Assembly (NCBI GenBank): GCA_003576915.1
Contig: QEVF01000012.1
Coordinates: 37,899 to 101,898, forward strand
Length of the DNA: 64,000 nt
Direction: 5' to 3'
Origin: Planctomycetota bacterium
GTDB taxonomy: Bacteria > Planctomycetota > UBA8742 > UBA2392
The position numbers and the translations under genes are program-made. The notes under the pieces are model-generated. The model was given only the letters and a program-made list of their open reading frames with translations. It was not told the DNA's origin and ran no database searches. Below are positions 9,774 to 19,556 of the stretch, one piece after another (within the stretch, counting starts at the first letter, position 1; each line of letters opens with the position of its first letter).

Positions 9774-11305
9774 ACCTGTTCCTCAACGGTCATGAAGACG
9801 CTGTTGTGCCGCGCGTATTCCAGTGCATAGCTCAGCTCGCCGGGCGTCTGGGCGTGGATGGTGTAGAGGGGCTGGCCCTTATCCACGGTCTGGCCCACGC
9901 GCACCTGCATGAAGACTCCAGCCTCCGGCGACTTGGGAGCGCCGGCCAGCTTGGCGATGCGCGCCAGCTTGCGGTTGTCGGCTCCGGCGATCATGCGGCG
10001 CTTGCTGGACACAATCGTGTAGGTGTGAGGGGCCACGCCGGGCTTGCGCATGCCGCCCTGGGCCTGGCAGATGGCGCAGAACTTCTGCCACGCCCGGCCA
10101 TCTTCGAGTGTGGCCAGTGCCAGAGTCCTGCCCTGGCCGAGCGCGGCCTTGCCGCCGATTTCGAGCAGGTGCCCCGCCAGCACGGCGGCGCGTTCGCGCA
10201 GGTCCTGGGGAGCGCCTGGGTCGCAGCGAAGCACGGCCAGCACGTCCAGAGCTTCCAGGGCGGGGCCGATGCCACGGCCCACGGGTTGGGTGCCGTCGGA
10301 CAGCACGGTGCGCACGGTCAATCCCACGCCCTGGGCGACGGCATCGAAAATGCGCCCGAGCTTGGAAGCGGCGTCCGGCGAGCGGACCTTGGCCGTGGGG
10401 CCCACGGGCATGTCGAGCACGACATGGGACGCGCCGGCGGCCAGCTTCTTGGAAAGCACGGAGGCCACGAGCTGGCCCTCGCTGTCGAGATCAAGGGCCC
10501 GCTCCACGCGAATCAGCACGTCGTCGGCCGGGCTAAGGTCGGCCGAGCCACCCCAGACCAGGCATGCCCCTTCGCGCTCCACGACGGAACGCATCTGCTC
10601 AAGCGTCAGGTTGACAGGCGCAAGCGTCTCCATGGTGTCGGCGGTGCCGGCCGGAGAAGTAATGGCCCGCGAAGACGTTTTGGGCATGCACAACCCGCAG
10701 GACGCCACAATGGCCACCACAATGGGCGTCGTGCGGTTTCCGGGCAGCCCGCCTACGCTGTGTTTGTCCAGGACGGGAGCGCGCGGCCAGGTGAGCTGGC
10801 GCCCCGCCAGTACCATGGCGCGCGTCAGCTCAGTGATCTCGGGCAGCGACATATGGTCGCCGGCGCAGGCGGTGATGAAGGCGGCAAGGTGTACATCGGC
10901 GTAGCGGCCGCCCACGATGTCGCGGATGATGGCGCCGAGTTCGCCGCCGGAAAGTTCGTGGCCGTAAATCTTGGCGCGCAGGGCGCTGAAGGATTCGACC
11001 GGGCTGGGATGGGAGAAGGCTGCCAGGTCACCCTCACGGGGCGAAAGCAGGCGCCAGGCCGCCTCCGACAGCCCCACTTCGCCCGACGAAACCAGTTCGC
11101 CGTGTACGACGTTGAGCGTGGCAATGACGCCATGTCCGTTGACGCTGACATAAATGCGGCTCTGCGCCGTAAAGCCCTCGGAGCGGCAGACCGCGCTGTC
11201 CGCGCGCAGGTAGGCCACGGGCTCCTGGTGCGTGTCAATGCCCAGGCGCCGAACGCGCAGCCGCTCCTGTCCGAGACGATGATTGCCTTCGATGTCTTCA
11301 AGCAT
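9770..11305 (-). CDS. Thymidine/AMP-phosphorylase family protein (long form, 511 aa)
   Basis: DKHSVGGLPGNRTTPIVV, TSSRAITSPAGTADTME, SVLSKKLAAG. The ~90-aa N-terminal extension resembles the archaeal AMP-phosphorylase-type subgroup. Confidence 0.85.
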   Translation of the reverse strand: MLEDIEGNHRLGQERLRVRRLGIDTHQEPVAYLRADSAVCRSEGFTAQSRIYVSVNGHGVIATLNVVHGELVSSGEVGLSEAAWRLLSPREGDLAAFSHPSPVESFSALRAKIYGHELSGGELGAIIRDIVGGRYADVHLAAFITACAGDHMSLPEITELTRAMVLAGRQLTWPRAPVLDKHSVGGLPGNRTTPIVVAIVASCGLCMPKTSSRAITSPAGTADTMETLAPVNLTLEQMRSVVEREGACLVWGGSADLSPADDVLIRVERALDLDSEGQLVASVLSKKLAAGASHVVLDMPVGPTAKVRSPDAASKLGRIFDAVAQGVGLTVRTVLSDGTQPVGRGIGPALEALDVLAVLRCDPGAPQDLRERAAVLAGHLLEIGGKAALGQGRTLALATLEDGRAWQKFCAICQAQGGMRKPGVAPHTYTIVSSKRRMIAGADNRKLARIAKLAGAPKSPEAGVFMQVRVGQTVDKGQPLYTIHAQTPGELSYALEYARHNSVFMTVEEQV

Positions 11306-11376
11306 GGCGCGGCATCATACACCGCGAGGGACCAGCCACATGCCTGTTCCGCGCGCCGCGCGCCGCGAGACGGGCG

Positions 11377-12426
11377 TCACGCGCGCCAAGGCCGGTAGAT
11401 GTTCGGCAGAAGGCCGAGCTGGAAAAACAGACGGTAGGAATCCCAGGTGACCCAGGATTGGGCAATCAGGTTCTCCTCGAAGCGCTGAATGATGGCGCCC
11501 GTGTAGTCAATGCTCTGTCCGCCCGTGGCAACGCCCATGAAGCCGCCGAGGTGTACGCCGCGAACGCGGAAGCGGGTCATGACGCGGTCGCGAGCTGCCA
11601 GTTGCTCCTCGATTTCGACGCGGTAGTTCCCGAAGAACCGGGGGATCGCCTGCACATAGGTTCGCAGTGCGCCCCTGCTGTCCGCGGCGATGACCGGGCT
11701 GGTGTTGTCTTCGCGCTGGAAGTTCTCGGCGTAGCACTCGGCGATCATCTCTTCGCCCCGCCCCTGACTCGCCAGCTCCAGAGCGCGGCGGACTACGGCC
11801 TTGTGAACCTCCGGATCAATGTGCTTGCCCGTGGTACGCCGCGGCAACGAGCGCCGGTCCGCCGCGTGATAGGGCGTACCGGGCTTGGCCGGCACGACCC
11901 ATCCGGGGGGCGTGGAAGGCACAGGCGGCGGCACGACGTCAAGCTGAATCAGTACGGCCAGCATGTCCCACTGGATCCACACGCGGCGTATCAGCCCGGC
12001 CTCGAACTGGTAGATGGTGTTGCCGGTCCAGTTCACTTCGCGGCCCGTCGCCTGCGAGCCGAAGAAGCCGCCGCGATGCACCGCATGGCCCGTGAAGCGA
12101 TTGACCACGTGGCTTTCGCCGGCGGCAAAGGCGTCGTCAAGGCGCAGGGTGTAGCGTTCAAAGTGACTATGGACGGCGCGGACCACCACCTTGGCCAGCC
12201 CGGGTCCGCGCAATCCGCCGTCAGGCACGTTGGGGTCGATCACTTCACAGTCAGGGTGAATCAGTTCGTCACAGGCCTCGAGCACTCCACCCTCAAACGC
12301 CAGGGAAATGAAGCGCCGCATACGCTCGACGTTGCCGTCCGCGCCTGGGTTTGTCTGGGACATACCTACCTTTTCGGGCCGCAAAGACGCGGCCGCGCTG
12401 CTTTGCCCGGGTGTGCCCTGCGACAA
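11377..12426 (-). CDS. Tandem SnoaL-like/ester-cyclase domain protein
   Basis: Two repeats of the pattern ..H..G.F.G...TG.......I.QF..G.I...W...D.. separated by a Pro-rich linker. An alternative start is at 12363 (MSQTNPG). Confidence 0.65.
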   Translation of the reverse strand: MSQGTPGQSSAAASLRPEKVGMSQTNPGADGNVERMRRFISLAFEGGVLEACDELIHPDCEVIDPNVPDGGLRGPGLAKVVVRAVHSHFERYTLRLDDAFAAGESHVVNRFTGHAVHRGGFFGSQATGREVNWTGNTIYQFEAGLIRRVWIQWDMLAVLIQLDVVPPPVPSTPPGWVVPAKPGTPYHAADRRSLPRRTTGKHIDPEVHKAVVRRALELASQGRGEEMIAECYAENFQREDNTSPVIAADSRGALRTYVQAIPRFFGNYRVEIEEQLAARDRVMTRFRVRGVHLGGFMGVATGGQSIDYTGAIIQRFEENLIAQSWVTWDSYRLFFQLGLLPNIYRPWRA

Positions 12427-12497
12427 GTGGGCCGCAGGGCGCCCCTACCGATAGGCTGCGGCCGGAAACCGTCAATAGACAATTCAGTGTGACAACT

Positions 12498-14360
12498 TCA
12501 GGATACAGGCGTCTGAAAACCGAGGGTCCCGCTCTGGACGGCCCAGAGGTCGGCATAGACGCCACCCTGGGCCACCAGTTCGTCGTGGGTGCCTTCTTCT
12601 GTCAGACGGCCGTCCTTGAGCACGAGGATGCGGTGTGCTCCGCGGATGGTGCTCAGGCGGTGGGCGATCACCAGGGCCGTGCGCCCGCGGGTGATGGCCG
12701 CCAGATTCTGCTGGATTTCGCGCTCCGTTTCAGTGTCAACGCTGCTGGTGGCCTCGTCCAGCACCAGAATCGGTGCGTCCTTCAGCAGTGCGCGGGCAAT
12801 GGACAGCCGCTGGCGCTGGCCTCCGGAGAGTTTGATGCCGCGCTCGCCCACCACACTGTCGTAGCCCTGGGGCAGGGACTGCACAAACTCATGGAACTCT
12901 GCCGCCCTGGATGCGGCGATGACTCTTTCCAGCAAAGCCGTGCGTCCCTCGCCGGACACGCGGGCTCCGTCGCCTTCAGCGCCGCTGCCGTAGGCGATGT
13001 TTTCAAAAATCGTACCGTGGAACAGGTACACATCCTGGCTGACCAGGGCGATCTGCCGCCGCAAATCCGCCTGTCGCAGCTCCCGCAGGTCATGGCCGTC
13101 AATCTTCACGCGCCCCCGGCCGGGGTCGTAGAGTCTCAGCAGCAGCTTGATCAGGGTGCTCTTGCCCGCGCCCGTGGGCCCGGCGATGCCGATCATCTCG
13201 CCTGCGGCCACGGAAAAGCTCAGGCCGTCCAGCACGGGCGCTCCCGTCCGATAGCTGAAGCCGACACCTTCGAAGCACAGGTCGCCGCGGGCGCGCTGGA
13301 GTTCGCGCGGCGCTTCGGGGTCCTGCACCAGCGGAGGCGTTGCCAGCAGAGAGAAGACGCGCGATGCGCTGACCTTCGCGCGCTGGTACTCGTCAAACGT
13401 GGTGCCCAGGCGCGTCAGGGGCCAGAGCAGGCGCTGGATCAGCATGCAGAACATGACCAGCTCGCCCAGGCTGATGACTCCCTCCACGGCCCACCAGCCG
13501 CCAAGCACGATCACCCCGCCGAAACCCAGAGCGATCGCCATGCGGATGATGGGTGTGAACAGGGCCGTAACCCGGATCGCGCGGTGATTGGCCTCGCGGT
13601 AGGCGTCGCTGGCCTGGCGCACCCGCTCCAGCTCGAAGCTTTCAGCCGTGAAACTCTTGATCACGGCAATGCCGGCGATGTTGTTCTCGAGGCGTGAGGC
13701 CACCTCGCCTACGGCAGCCCGCACCTCTTTGTAGCGCGGCTCCATGAGCTGGGAGAACTTGAGACTGCCCCAGATGATGACAGGGACGGGGATGAGCCCC
13801 ACCAGCGCCATGATCCAGTTGGCGCTGAACAGCACATAGCAGGAGAAGGAGACCAGTACGACGAGGTGAACGAGTTCGGCGGCGCCCGAGTTGAGAAAGC
13901 GTTCGAGCTGATTCACGTCGTCGTTGAGCATGGCCAGGGTCTTGCCCAGACGGTGCTCCTCGAAGAAGCGGATTTCCCGGCTCTGCATGCGGGCGTAGGC
14001 GTCCAGTCTCAGCGCGTGCTGGACATTCTGCGCCAAGGTCATGAAACCGTACTGGTACATCCACTGAAACAGGCTTTCGAGGCCGAACACGGCCACGGTG
14101 AGCAGGGCGACGATGACAATCTGGGTGAACAGGTCCGTTGAGAGCGCCTGCATGAATGCGGGCGGCTTGCGCAGAACGACATCCGTGAGCCACGCGACGA
14201 TGATGGGCGGTGCAAGGTCCAGCACCTTGTTGGCGGCGGCGGAAGTCGCGGCAAAGGCGAGCCGGCCCTTCATGGGGCGCATGTATGCAAACAGGCGCGC
14301 CATGGGTCGATCCACCGGCAACAGCAGGGGTGCGTCATGGGCCATGGCGCCACTATGCAA
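12498..14360 (-). CDS. ABC exporter, fused permease/ATPase (type I exporter, MsbA-like)
   Basis: Six-TM N-terminal half. Walker A GPTGAGKST, signature LSGGQRQRLSIARAL, Walker B ILVLDEATS. Confidence 0.9.
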   Translation of the reverse strand: MHSGAMAHDAPLLLPVDRPMARLFAYMRPMKGRLAFAATSAAANKVLDLAPPIIVAWLTDVVLRKPPAFMQALSTDLFTQIVIVALLTVAVFGLESLFQWMYQYGFMTLAQNVQHALRLDAYARMQSREIRFFEEHRLGKTLAMLNDDVNQLERFLNSGAAELVHLVVLVSFSCYVLFSANWIMALVGLIPVPVIIWGSLKFSQLMEPRYKEVRAAVGEVASRLENNIAGIAVIKSFTAESFELERVRQASDAYREANHRAIRVTALFTPIIRMAIALGFGGVIVLGGWWAVEGVISLGELVMFCMLIQRLLWPLTRLGTTFDEYQRAKVSASRVFSLLATPPLVQDPEAPRELQRARGDLCFEGVGFSYRTGAPVLDGLSFSVAAGEMIGIAGPTGAGKSTLIKLLLRLYDPGRGRVKIDGHDLRELRQADLRRQIALVSQDVYLFHGTIFENIAYGSGAEGDGARVSGEGRTALLERVIAASRAAEFHEFVQSLPQGYDSVVGERGIKLSGGQRQRLSIARALLKDAPILVLDEATSSVDTETEREIQQNLAAITRGRTALVIAHRLSTIRGAHRILVLKDGRLTEEGTHDELVAQGGVYADLWAVQSGTLGFQTPVS

Positions 14361-14507
14361 CTCCTGCGCCGTCGAGAAAGCACCTGTTCTTCGAAACCTG
14401 CCTTTACCGTCCTGCGAAACGGAGAGGGCCAGGCTTGGCGCTCACAGGAGCATCAGGGCGCGGAGGCCCGACCATGCCATCTTGCTGGAGCGTGATATGC
14501 TCGCCCC

Positions 14508-16412
14508 ATGTCGATTCTCGCCCTGACCAACGCCAGCAAGAGCTACGACAGCCGCGTCGTGCTCGACTCCGTCAGCTTTGGCCTGGCTGAAGGCGAGCGC
14601 GTCGGCCTGGTGGGCCCCAACGGCGAGGGCAAGTCCACCCTGTTGCGCCTGCTGGCCGGGGTTGAGGCGCCCGACAGCGGCCAGCGCACCGCGACGCAGG
14701 GGCTGCGCATCGGCTTCTTCTCCCAGCAGCCGCGCCTCGCCGGCGGGCGGGTGCGCGATGTCGTGCGCCAGGGTCTGGGCAATCGCGAGGAGCTGTTGGG
14801 GCGCCTGGAGCATCTGCACCAGCAGATGGCGGTGCCCGGCCTGTCCCCCGGCGACCTCGCCGAGCTGATTGCCGAACAGAGCCGTCTGGACGCACGGCTG
14901 GGCGCCATGGGCGGCCATGCCGTCGAGCACCGCGTCGAGGAGATGATCGCGCACCTGGGCCTGCGCAACGCTGATGCGCCCAGCGAGTCGCTTTCCGGGG
15001 GCGAGGCGAGGCGCGCGGCTCTGGCGGCGCTGCTGCTTTCCGAACCGGACGTGCTGCTGCTGGACGAGCCCACCAACCATCTCGACGTCGTGGCCATCGA
15101 CTGGCTGGAGGATTTCCTGTTGCAGGGCCGCACGCCGCTGATCATGGTCACGCACGATCGCTACTTCCTTGACCGTGTGGTGCACCGCATCGTGGAGGTG
15201 GATCGCGGCAAGCTTTACTCGACCGACGGCAGCTATCAGGACTTTCTCGTGGACCAGGCTCGCCGCCTGGAGGCTGAAGCCGCGACGGAGCAAAACCGCC
15301 TGGCGACCATCCGGCGCGAGACGGCCTGGATCCGGCGCGGGGCCCACGGCCGCACAACGAAGGAGAAGGCGCGGGTGAGCCGCTACCGCGAGATGACCTC
15401 CCAGGCGGAACTTCAGACGCGCCAGGAACTGGATTTTGCGATTCCCGAGGGCCCGCGTTTGGGCGGCAAGGTCATGCGCCTCAAGCACGTGAGCAAGAGC
15501 TTCAACGGGCAAGCCGTGCTGCGCGATGTCTCGCTGGACATCACAGCGGGCATGCGCCTTGGCATCGTCGGGGCCAACGGCACGGGCAAGACCACACTGT
15601 TGCGCATCCTGACGGGCGAACTTGCACCGGACAGCGGCGAAGTGGAAATCGGCGAGACGGTGAAGGTCGCCCGTATTGACCAGACGCGTTCGGTGCTGGA
15701 TGAAGACAAGAGCGTCGTCGAGGAGATCGCCCACGACCACGACGGCGTGATCAACGTAGCCGGCCGCGTGCAGCGTGTGGCGCCGTTCCTGGACCAGTTT
15801 CTGTTCCCCGGACAGCGCAAACACACCAAGATCCGCCGGCTCTCCGGCGGCGAGCGCAACCGCGTGTTGCTGGCCAAGCTTCTGCTCCAGAACGGCAACG
15901 TGCTGGCCCTGGACGAGCCCACCAACGACCTCGACCTGCCCACGCTGCGCGCGCTCGAGGAGGCCCTGACAGCCTTCAGCGGCGCCGTGCTGGTCGTCAG
16001 CCACGACCGCTACTTCCTTGACCGTGTATGCACGCGCATCCTCTTTCTCGATGGCAGCGGCCGCGCCCGCTTCCACGAAGGCGACATTGAGGCGCTGCTG
16101 GAGGAGTTGCGACAGGCGGCCACGCCACCTTCGCCGGCACCCGCGCCGGCCGCGGCCAGAAACTCCGATGACGAGGCCCGCAGGGCGCGCCGACGCGCCC
16201 AGAACGAACTCAAGAACCTGCCCGCTCAAATCGAGAAGCTGGAGCAGGAGGTGGCCCGCCTTGACGCCGAACTGGCCGATGCCGCGCTGTACACCCGCCC
16301 GCAGGGACAGGCCGAAGCCGCCAAGATCGCGGCCCTGCGTGAAGCTGCCTCGCGCGAACTGGCGGCGATGTATGCGCGCTGGGAGGAACTTGAGGCCCAG
16401 GCCCAGGCATAA
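14508..16412 (+). CDS. ABC-F family ATPase (Uup-like, with C-terminal coiled coil)
   Basis: Two ABC cassettes (GPNGEGKST / GANGTGKTT, LSGGE x2, LLLDEPTNHLD / LALDEPTNDLD), no TM segments, Arg/Glu-rich C-terminal helix. Confidence 0.9.
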   Translation: MSILALTNASKSYDSRVVLDSVSFGLAEGERVGLVGPNGEGKSTLLRLLAGVEAPDSGQRTATQGLRIGFFSQQPRLAGGRVRDVVRQGLGNREELLGRLEHLHQQMAVPGLSPGDLAELIAEQSRLDARLGAMGGHAVEHRVEEMIAHLGLRNADAPSESLSGGEARRAALAALLLSEPDVLLLDEPTNHLDVVAIDWLEDFLLQGRTPLIMVTHDRYFLDRVVHRIVEVDRGKLYSTDGSYQDFLVDQARRLEAEAATEQNRLATIRRETAWIRRGAHGRTTKEKARVSRYREMTSQAELQTRQELDFAIPEGPRLGGKVMRLKHVSKSFNGQAVLRDVSLDITAGMRLGIVGANGTGKTTLLRILTGELAPDSGEVEIGETVKVARIDQTRSVLDEDKSVVEEIAHDHDGVINVAGRVQRVAPFLDQFLFPGQRKHTKIRRLSGGERNRVLLAKLLLQNGNVLALDEPTNDLDLPTLRALEEALTAFSGAVLVVSHDRYFLDRVCTRILFLDGSGRARFHEGDIEALLEELRQAATPPSPAPAPAAARNSDDEARRARRRAQNELKNLPAQIEKLEQEVARLDAELADAALYTRPQGQAEAAKIAALREAASRELAAMYARWEELEAQAQA

Positions 16413-16415
16413 GCC

Positions 16416-18077
16416 ATGAACCACGACTTTCAGTTCAACTCCCGCCGCTCCTGCGTTCTGGCCACGCGCGGCATGGTCGCAACCAGCCAGCCCCTGGCCG
16501 CGCAGGCGGGGCTTCGCATCCTGCAGGAAGGCGGTAACGCCGCCGATGCCGCCGTGGCCGCGGCCGCCATGCTGTGCGTGGTGGAGCCCGTCTCCAACGG
16601 CCTCGGCGGGGACATGTTCGCGCTGTACTTCGACGCAAAGTCCAGGCGTGTCCACGCGCTCAACGGCTCCGGACGCGCCCCCAAGGCCGCCTCCATCGCC
16701 GAACTCAAGGCGCGCGGCCATGCAGCCATGCCGCGCTTCTCCGGCGCGGCCGTGACCGTTCCGGGCGCTGTGCGCGGCTGGGAATCGCTGCTGACTCGCT
16801 TTGGCAGCGTGCCCCTGGCGCGGCTGCTGGCGCCGGCTATTGAGACGGCGGAGAGGGGCTTTGGCGTCAGTGAGTGGATCGGCGCTTCCTGGGCGCTGGG
16901 GGTGGACAAGTTGCTGCGCCGGCCGGGCTTTTCTCCCGGCGAGCCTGAAGGGCCCGAGCAGCCCAGCGGCCAGGAGCTTCTGCTAAACGGCCGCGCGCCC
17001 GGGCCCGGCGAGCTCATGAAGCTCCCTGAGCTTGCCCGTGTGCTTCGGGGCATTGCCCTGGCGGGGGCTGACTACATTTACACCGGGCTCTTTGCGCGCA
17101 AGCTCAGCGAACACGTCCGCAAGTACGGCGGCTGGATTACCCCGGAAGACATGAGCCTGCACGAAAGCACCTGGGAGACCCCGCTGGCCACGGACTACCG
17201 CGGCGTCACGCTTTACGAGTGCCCGCCCAACGGCCAAGGACTTGCGGCCATTTTGGCCTTCAATCTGGCGCGCGGCTTTGAGTTGGGCCAGATGGACGAG
17301 GCCTCGCGGGTGCATTGCATGATCGAGTGCATGCGCCTGGCCTTTGCCGACGCCCAGCGTTTCGTGTGCGACCCGGCCTTTGCGGAGATTCCGCTGCGCG
17401 AACTCTGCGCGGAGGACTACGCCACCCGTCGGCGCGCACTGATCAGCGAGCAGGCCGCGGTCAAAGTTGAAGCGGGCGATCCCTTGGGCGGTTTGGACAC
17501 CGTTTACCTCAGCGTGATCGATGGCGAGGGCAACGCTTGCAGTTTCATCCAGAGCAACTACATGGGCATGGGCACGGGCCTGGTGGTGCCGGGCACGGGC
17601 GTGAGTCTGCAAAATCGCGGGGCGCTGTTCTCGCTCGACGAGACCCACCCCAACGCGCTGGAGGGCGGCAAACGGCCCTACCACACGATCATGCCGGCGC
17701 TGACCACGCGCGAAGGGGAGTTGCACGCCTGCTTTGGAATCATGGGCGGGCACATGCAGCCTCAGGCGCACTTCCAGGTGCTGAGTGCCATGGTGGACCT
17801 GGGCCTGAACCCCCAGCAGGCGCTGGACCGGCCGCGCTGGCAGCTTGCGGCGTCAGAGCCGGGGCTGGGTGCGCAAGAGCCGGGGGGTCGGGTGCTGGTC
17901 GAAGAAGGAATGGCGTTGGACACGCTGGAAGCCCTGCGGAAGTGCGGGCATCAGCTTCGGGAATTCAGGGGCTTTGAGCGCATTCACTTCGGGGGCGGGC
18001 AGGTGATCTTGCGGGAGAATGGCCTGCTGGTCGGGGGCAGCGACAGCCGCAAAGACGGCTGCGCTGCCGGCTGGTAG
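16416..18077 (+). CDS. ggt: Gamma-glutamyltransferase family protein
   Basis: GGNAADAAVA, GLGGDMF, autoprocessing-site region GGLDTVYLSVID, YHTIMP, GGSD.R.DG. Confidence 0.85.
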   Translation: MNHDFQFNSRRSCVLATRGMVATSQPLAAQAGLRILQEGGNAADAAVAAAAMLCVVEPVSNGLGGDMFALYFDAKSRRVHALNGSGRAPKAASIAELKARGHAAMPRFSGAAVTVPGAVRGWESLLTRFGSVPLARLLAPAIETAERGFGVSEWIGASWALGVDKLLRRPGFSPGEPEGPEQPSGQELLLNGRAPGPGELMKLPELARVLRGIALAGADYIYTGLFARKLSEHVRKYGGWITPEDMSLHESTWETPLATDYRGVTLYECPPNGQGLAAILAFNLARGFELGQMDEASRVHCMIECMRLAFADAQRFVCDPAFAEIPLRELCAEDYATRRRALISEQAAVKVEAGDPLGGLDTVYLSVIDGEGNACSFIQSNYMGMGTGLVVPGTGVSLQNRGALFSLDETHPNALEGGKRPYHTIMPALTTREGELHACFGIMGGHMQPQAHFQVLSAMVDLGLNPQQALDRPRWQLAASEPGLGAQEPGGRVLVEEGMALDTLEALRKCGHQLREFRGFERIHFGGGQVILRENGLLVGGSDSRKDGCAAGW

Positions 18078-18119
18078 CGCAGAGCGCTGGTTCCATGCCC
18101 GAGGGCCGCCACTGGGCAG

Positions 18120-18902
18120 CTACCCAAGTCGCCAGGCGGCCATGCTCATGTTGGCCATCTGCCATGTATCGTGGATCTTGAGCGCCCGTTCACCCTCGGC
18201 CGCGCCCACGGCAACGTGTAACGGCAGCAGGTGCTCCGCGCGCGGATGCGCCTGGCGCGCCCCGGGGGCCTCCAGCCAGGACGCAAGTCTTGCGCTCCGG
18301 ATTTCGCCCGTCATCGCCATCGTGCCGTCGAGCCATGACTGGAACTCGGCGGCCCAGGGAGCCTTCTGCACGCTTGCAAAGTTCCCCCAGTCCAGCGCCC
18401 GCAAGTTGTGAACCGCGCCCCCAGAGCCAAGAATCAGCACGCCCTCTTCGCGCAGGGGCGCCAGGGTCCGTCCCAGGGCCAGGTGTATCGACGCATCCAG
18501 GCCCGCCAGCAGCGAAATCTGGACGACTGGGATATCTGCCTTGGGTACCGCCAACAGCAAGGGCGACCACGCGCCATGGTCCAGCCCGCGCTGAACGTCC
18601 AAGGCGGCGGCCATGCCCGCTTTGTCCAGCAATGTCGCAGCACGCCGGGCTGCGTCCGGTGCTCCGGGCGGGTTATAGGCCAACTCGTAAAGGGCCTGTG
18701 GGAAACCGTAGAAATCATGAATGGCGCTGTGCCGCGGCGCCGCCGTGAGCGTCGGCTGCTCCTGTTCCCAGTGCGCGGACAGCACAAGAATCGCGCGCGG
18801 CTGGAGGCCTTCAAGCAGTCCTCGCAGGAATGTGTGCGCGGGTGCGTCCGTTTCAAGCGGCAACGCGGGCGAACCATGGGAGATGAACAGAACCGGCAGC
18901 AT
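18120..18902 (-). CDS. Class III extradiol dioxygenase (4,5-DOPA dioxygenase/YgiD-like)
   Basis: FISHGSP, LSAHW, LDHGAW.PL, GSGGAVHNL, EHLLPL. I chose the start at MLPVLF (18902); the ORF-track start is 18938. Confidence 0.85.
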   Translation of the reverse strand: MLPVLFISHGSPALPLETDAPAHTFLRGLLEGLQPRAILVLSAHWEQEQPTLTAAPRHSAIHDFYGFPQALYELAYNPPGAPDAARRAATLLDKAGMAAALDVQRGLDHGAWSPLLLAVPKADIPVVQISLLAGLDASIHLALGRTLAPLREEGVLILGSGGAVHNLRALDWGNFASVQKAPWAAEFQSWLDGTMAMTGEIRSARLASWLEAPGARQAHPRAEHLLPLHVAVGAAEGERALKIHDTWQMANMSMAAWRLG

Positions 18903-18938
18903 GCAGCCTCCGGAGATGGAACGTTCGAAATCGAACAA

Positions 18939-19427
18939 CTATTCCATCCTCTGCATCAGCGGGAAGTCCAGCCCCGGAGGGATAGGCTTGCCCAGCGCGC
19001 GGCACATGGCGGCGATTTTGCCCTTATGGTCGTAGATGTGCGTGATCGTGCGCAGCACCACGTGGGCCGGCGCAAGAGTACGCTCGCCGTGGAACGTTTT
19101 TACGGCACGCGGCGTATTGAGTTCGGCTTCGCCGGCGCCCGCGAGATAGGCCGAAACTTGGGCGCTGATGCTTTCGCGAAAGGCCTCCGCTTCGGCCATG
19201 CCCGCCAGGGCTGGATCCTCGGCCTCGATGCGCCCCTGAAGGCAGCCCAACCAGTAACGCTGGGCGCCCATGACGTGCGCGAACTGCGCCAGCAGGGTGG
19301 GGTCGCCGAAGTCCGGCATTTCGCGCGCAAGCTCCTGCGGAGAAAATGCGGTGCAATGGGCCATCAAGCCGCGCAAGGACTTCTGCGAGCGCTCGTGCAT
19401 ATCAAGCAGGGCGGATCGTGTGTACAC
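18939..19427 (-). CDS. DinB-family protein
   Basis: 162 aa, helical, with conserved-His pattern (HVMGAQRYW ... THIYDHKGKI). It is immediately upstream of the dioxygenase gene on the same strand. Confidence 0.7.
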   Translation of the reverse strand: MYTRSALLDMHERSQKSLRGLMAHCTAFSPQELAREMPDFGDPTLLAQFAHVMGAQRYWLGCLQGRIEAEDPALAGMAEAEAFRESISAQVSAYLAGAGEAELNTPRAVKTFHGERTLAPAHVVLRTITHIYDHKGKIAAMCRALGKPIPPGLDFPLMQRME

Positions 19428-19556
19428 GTGAGGAGTCTACCATGCCGAGCGACGACGGACTGAAGTCTGGCGGTTAGTGGCTGGCCTTGGGGCCATTGCA
19501 CTGAATACTGTACTCCCCTAACCTCTGGTGACCTGTGCCACTCACGACCCGGCGAG

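Noticed and set aside
18851-18861. An 11-mer, GTTTCAAGCGG, shared between the hairpin at 4949-4960 and the dioxygenase coding region, hinting at a dispersed repeat.
   Set aside because: It is a single short match inside a coding frame without the partner arm. Chance is the likelier explanation than a REP family.
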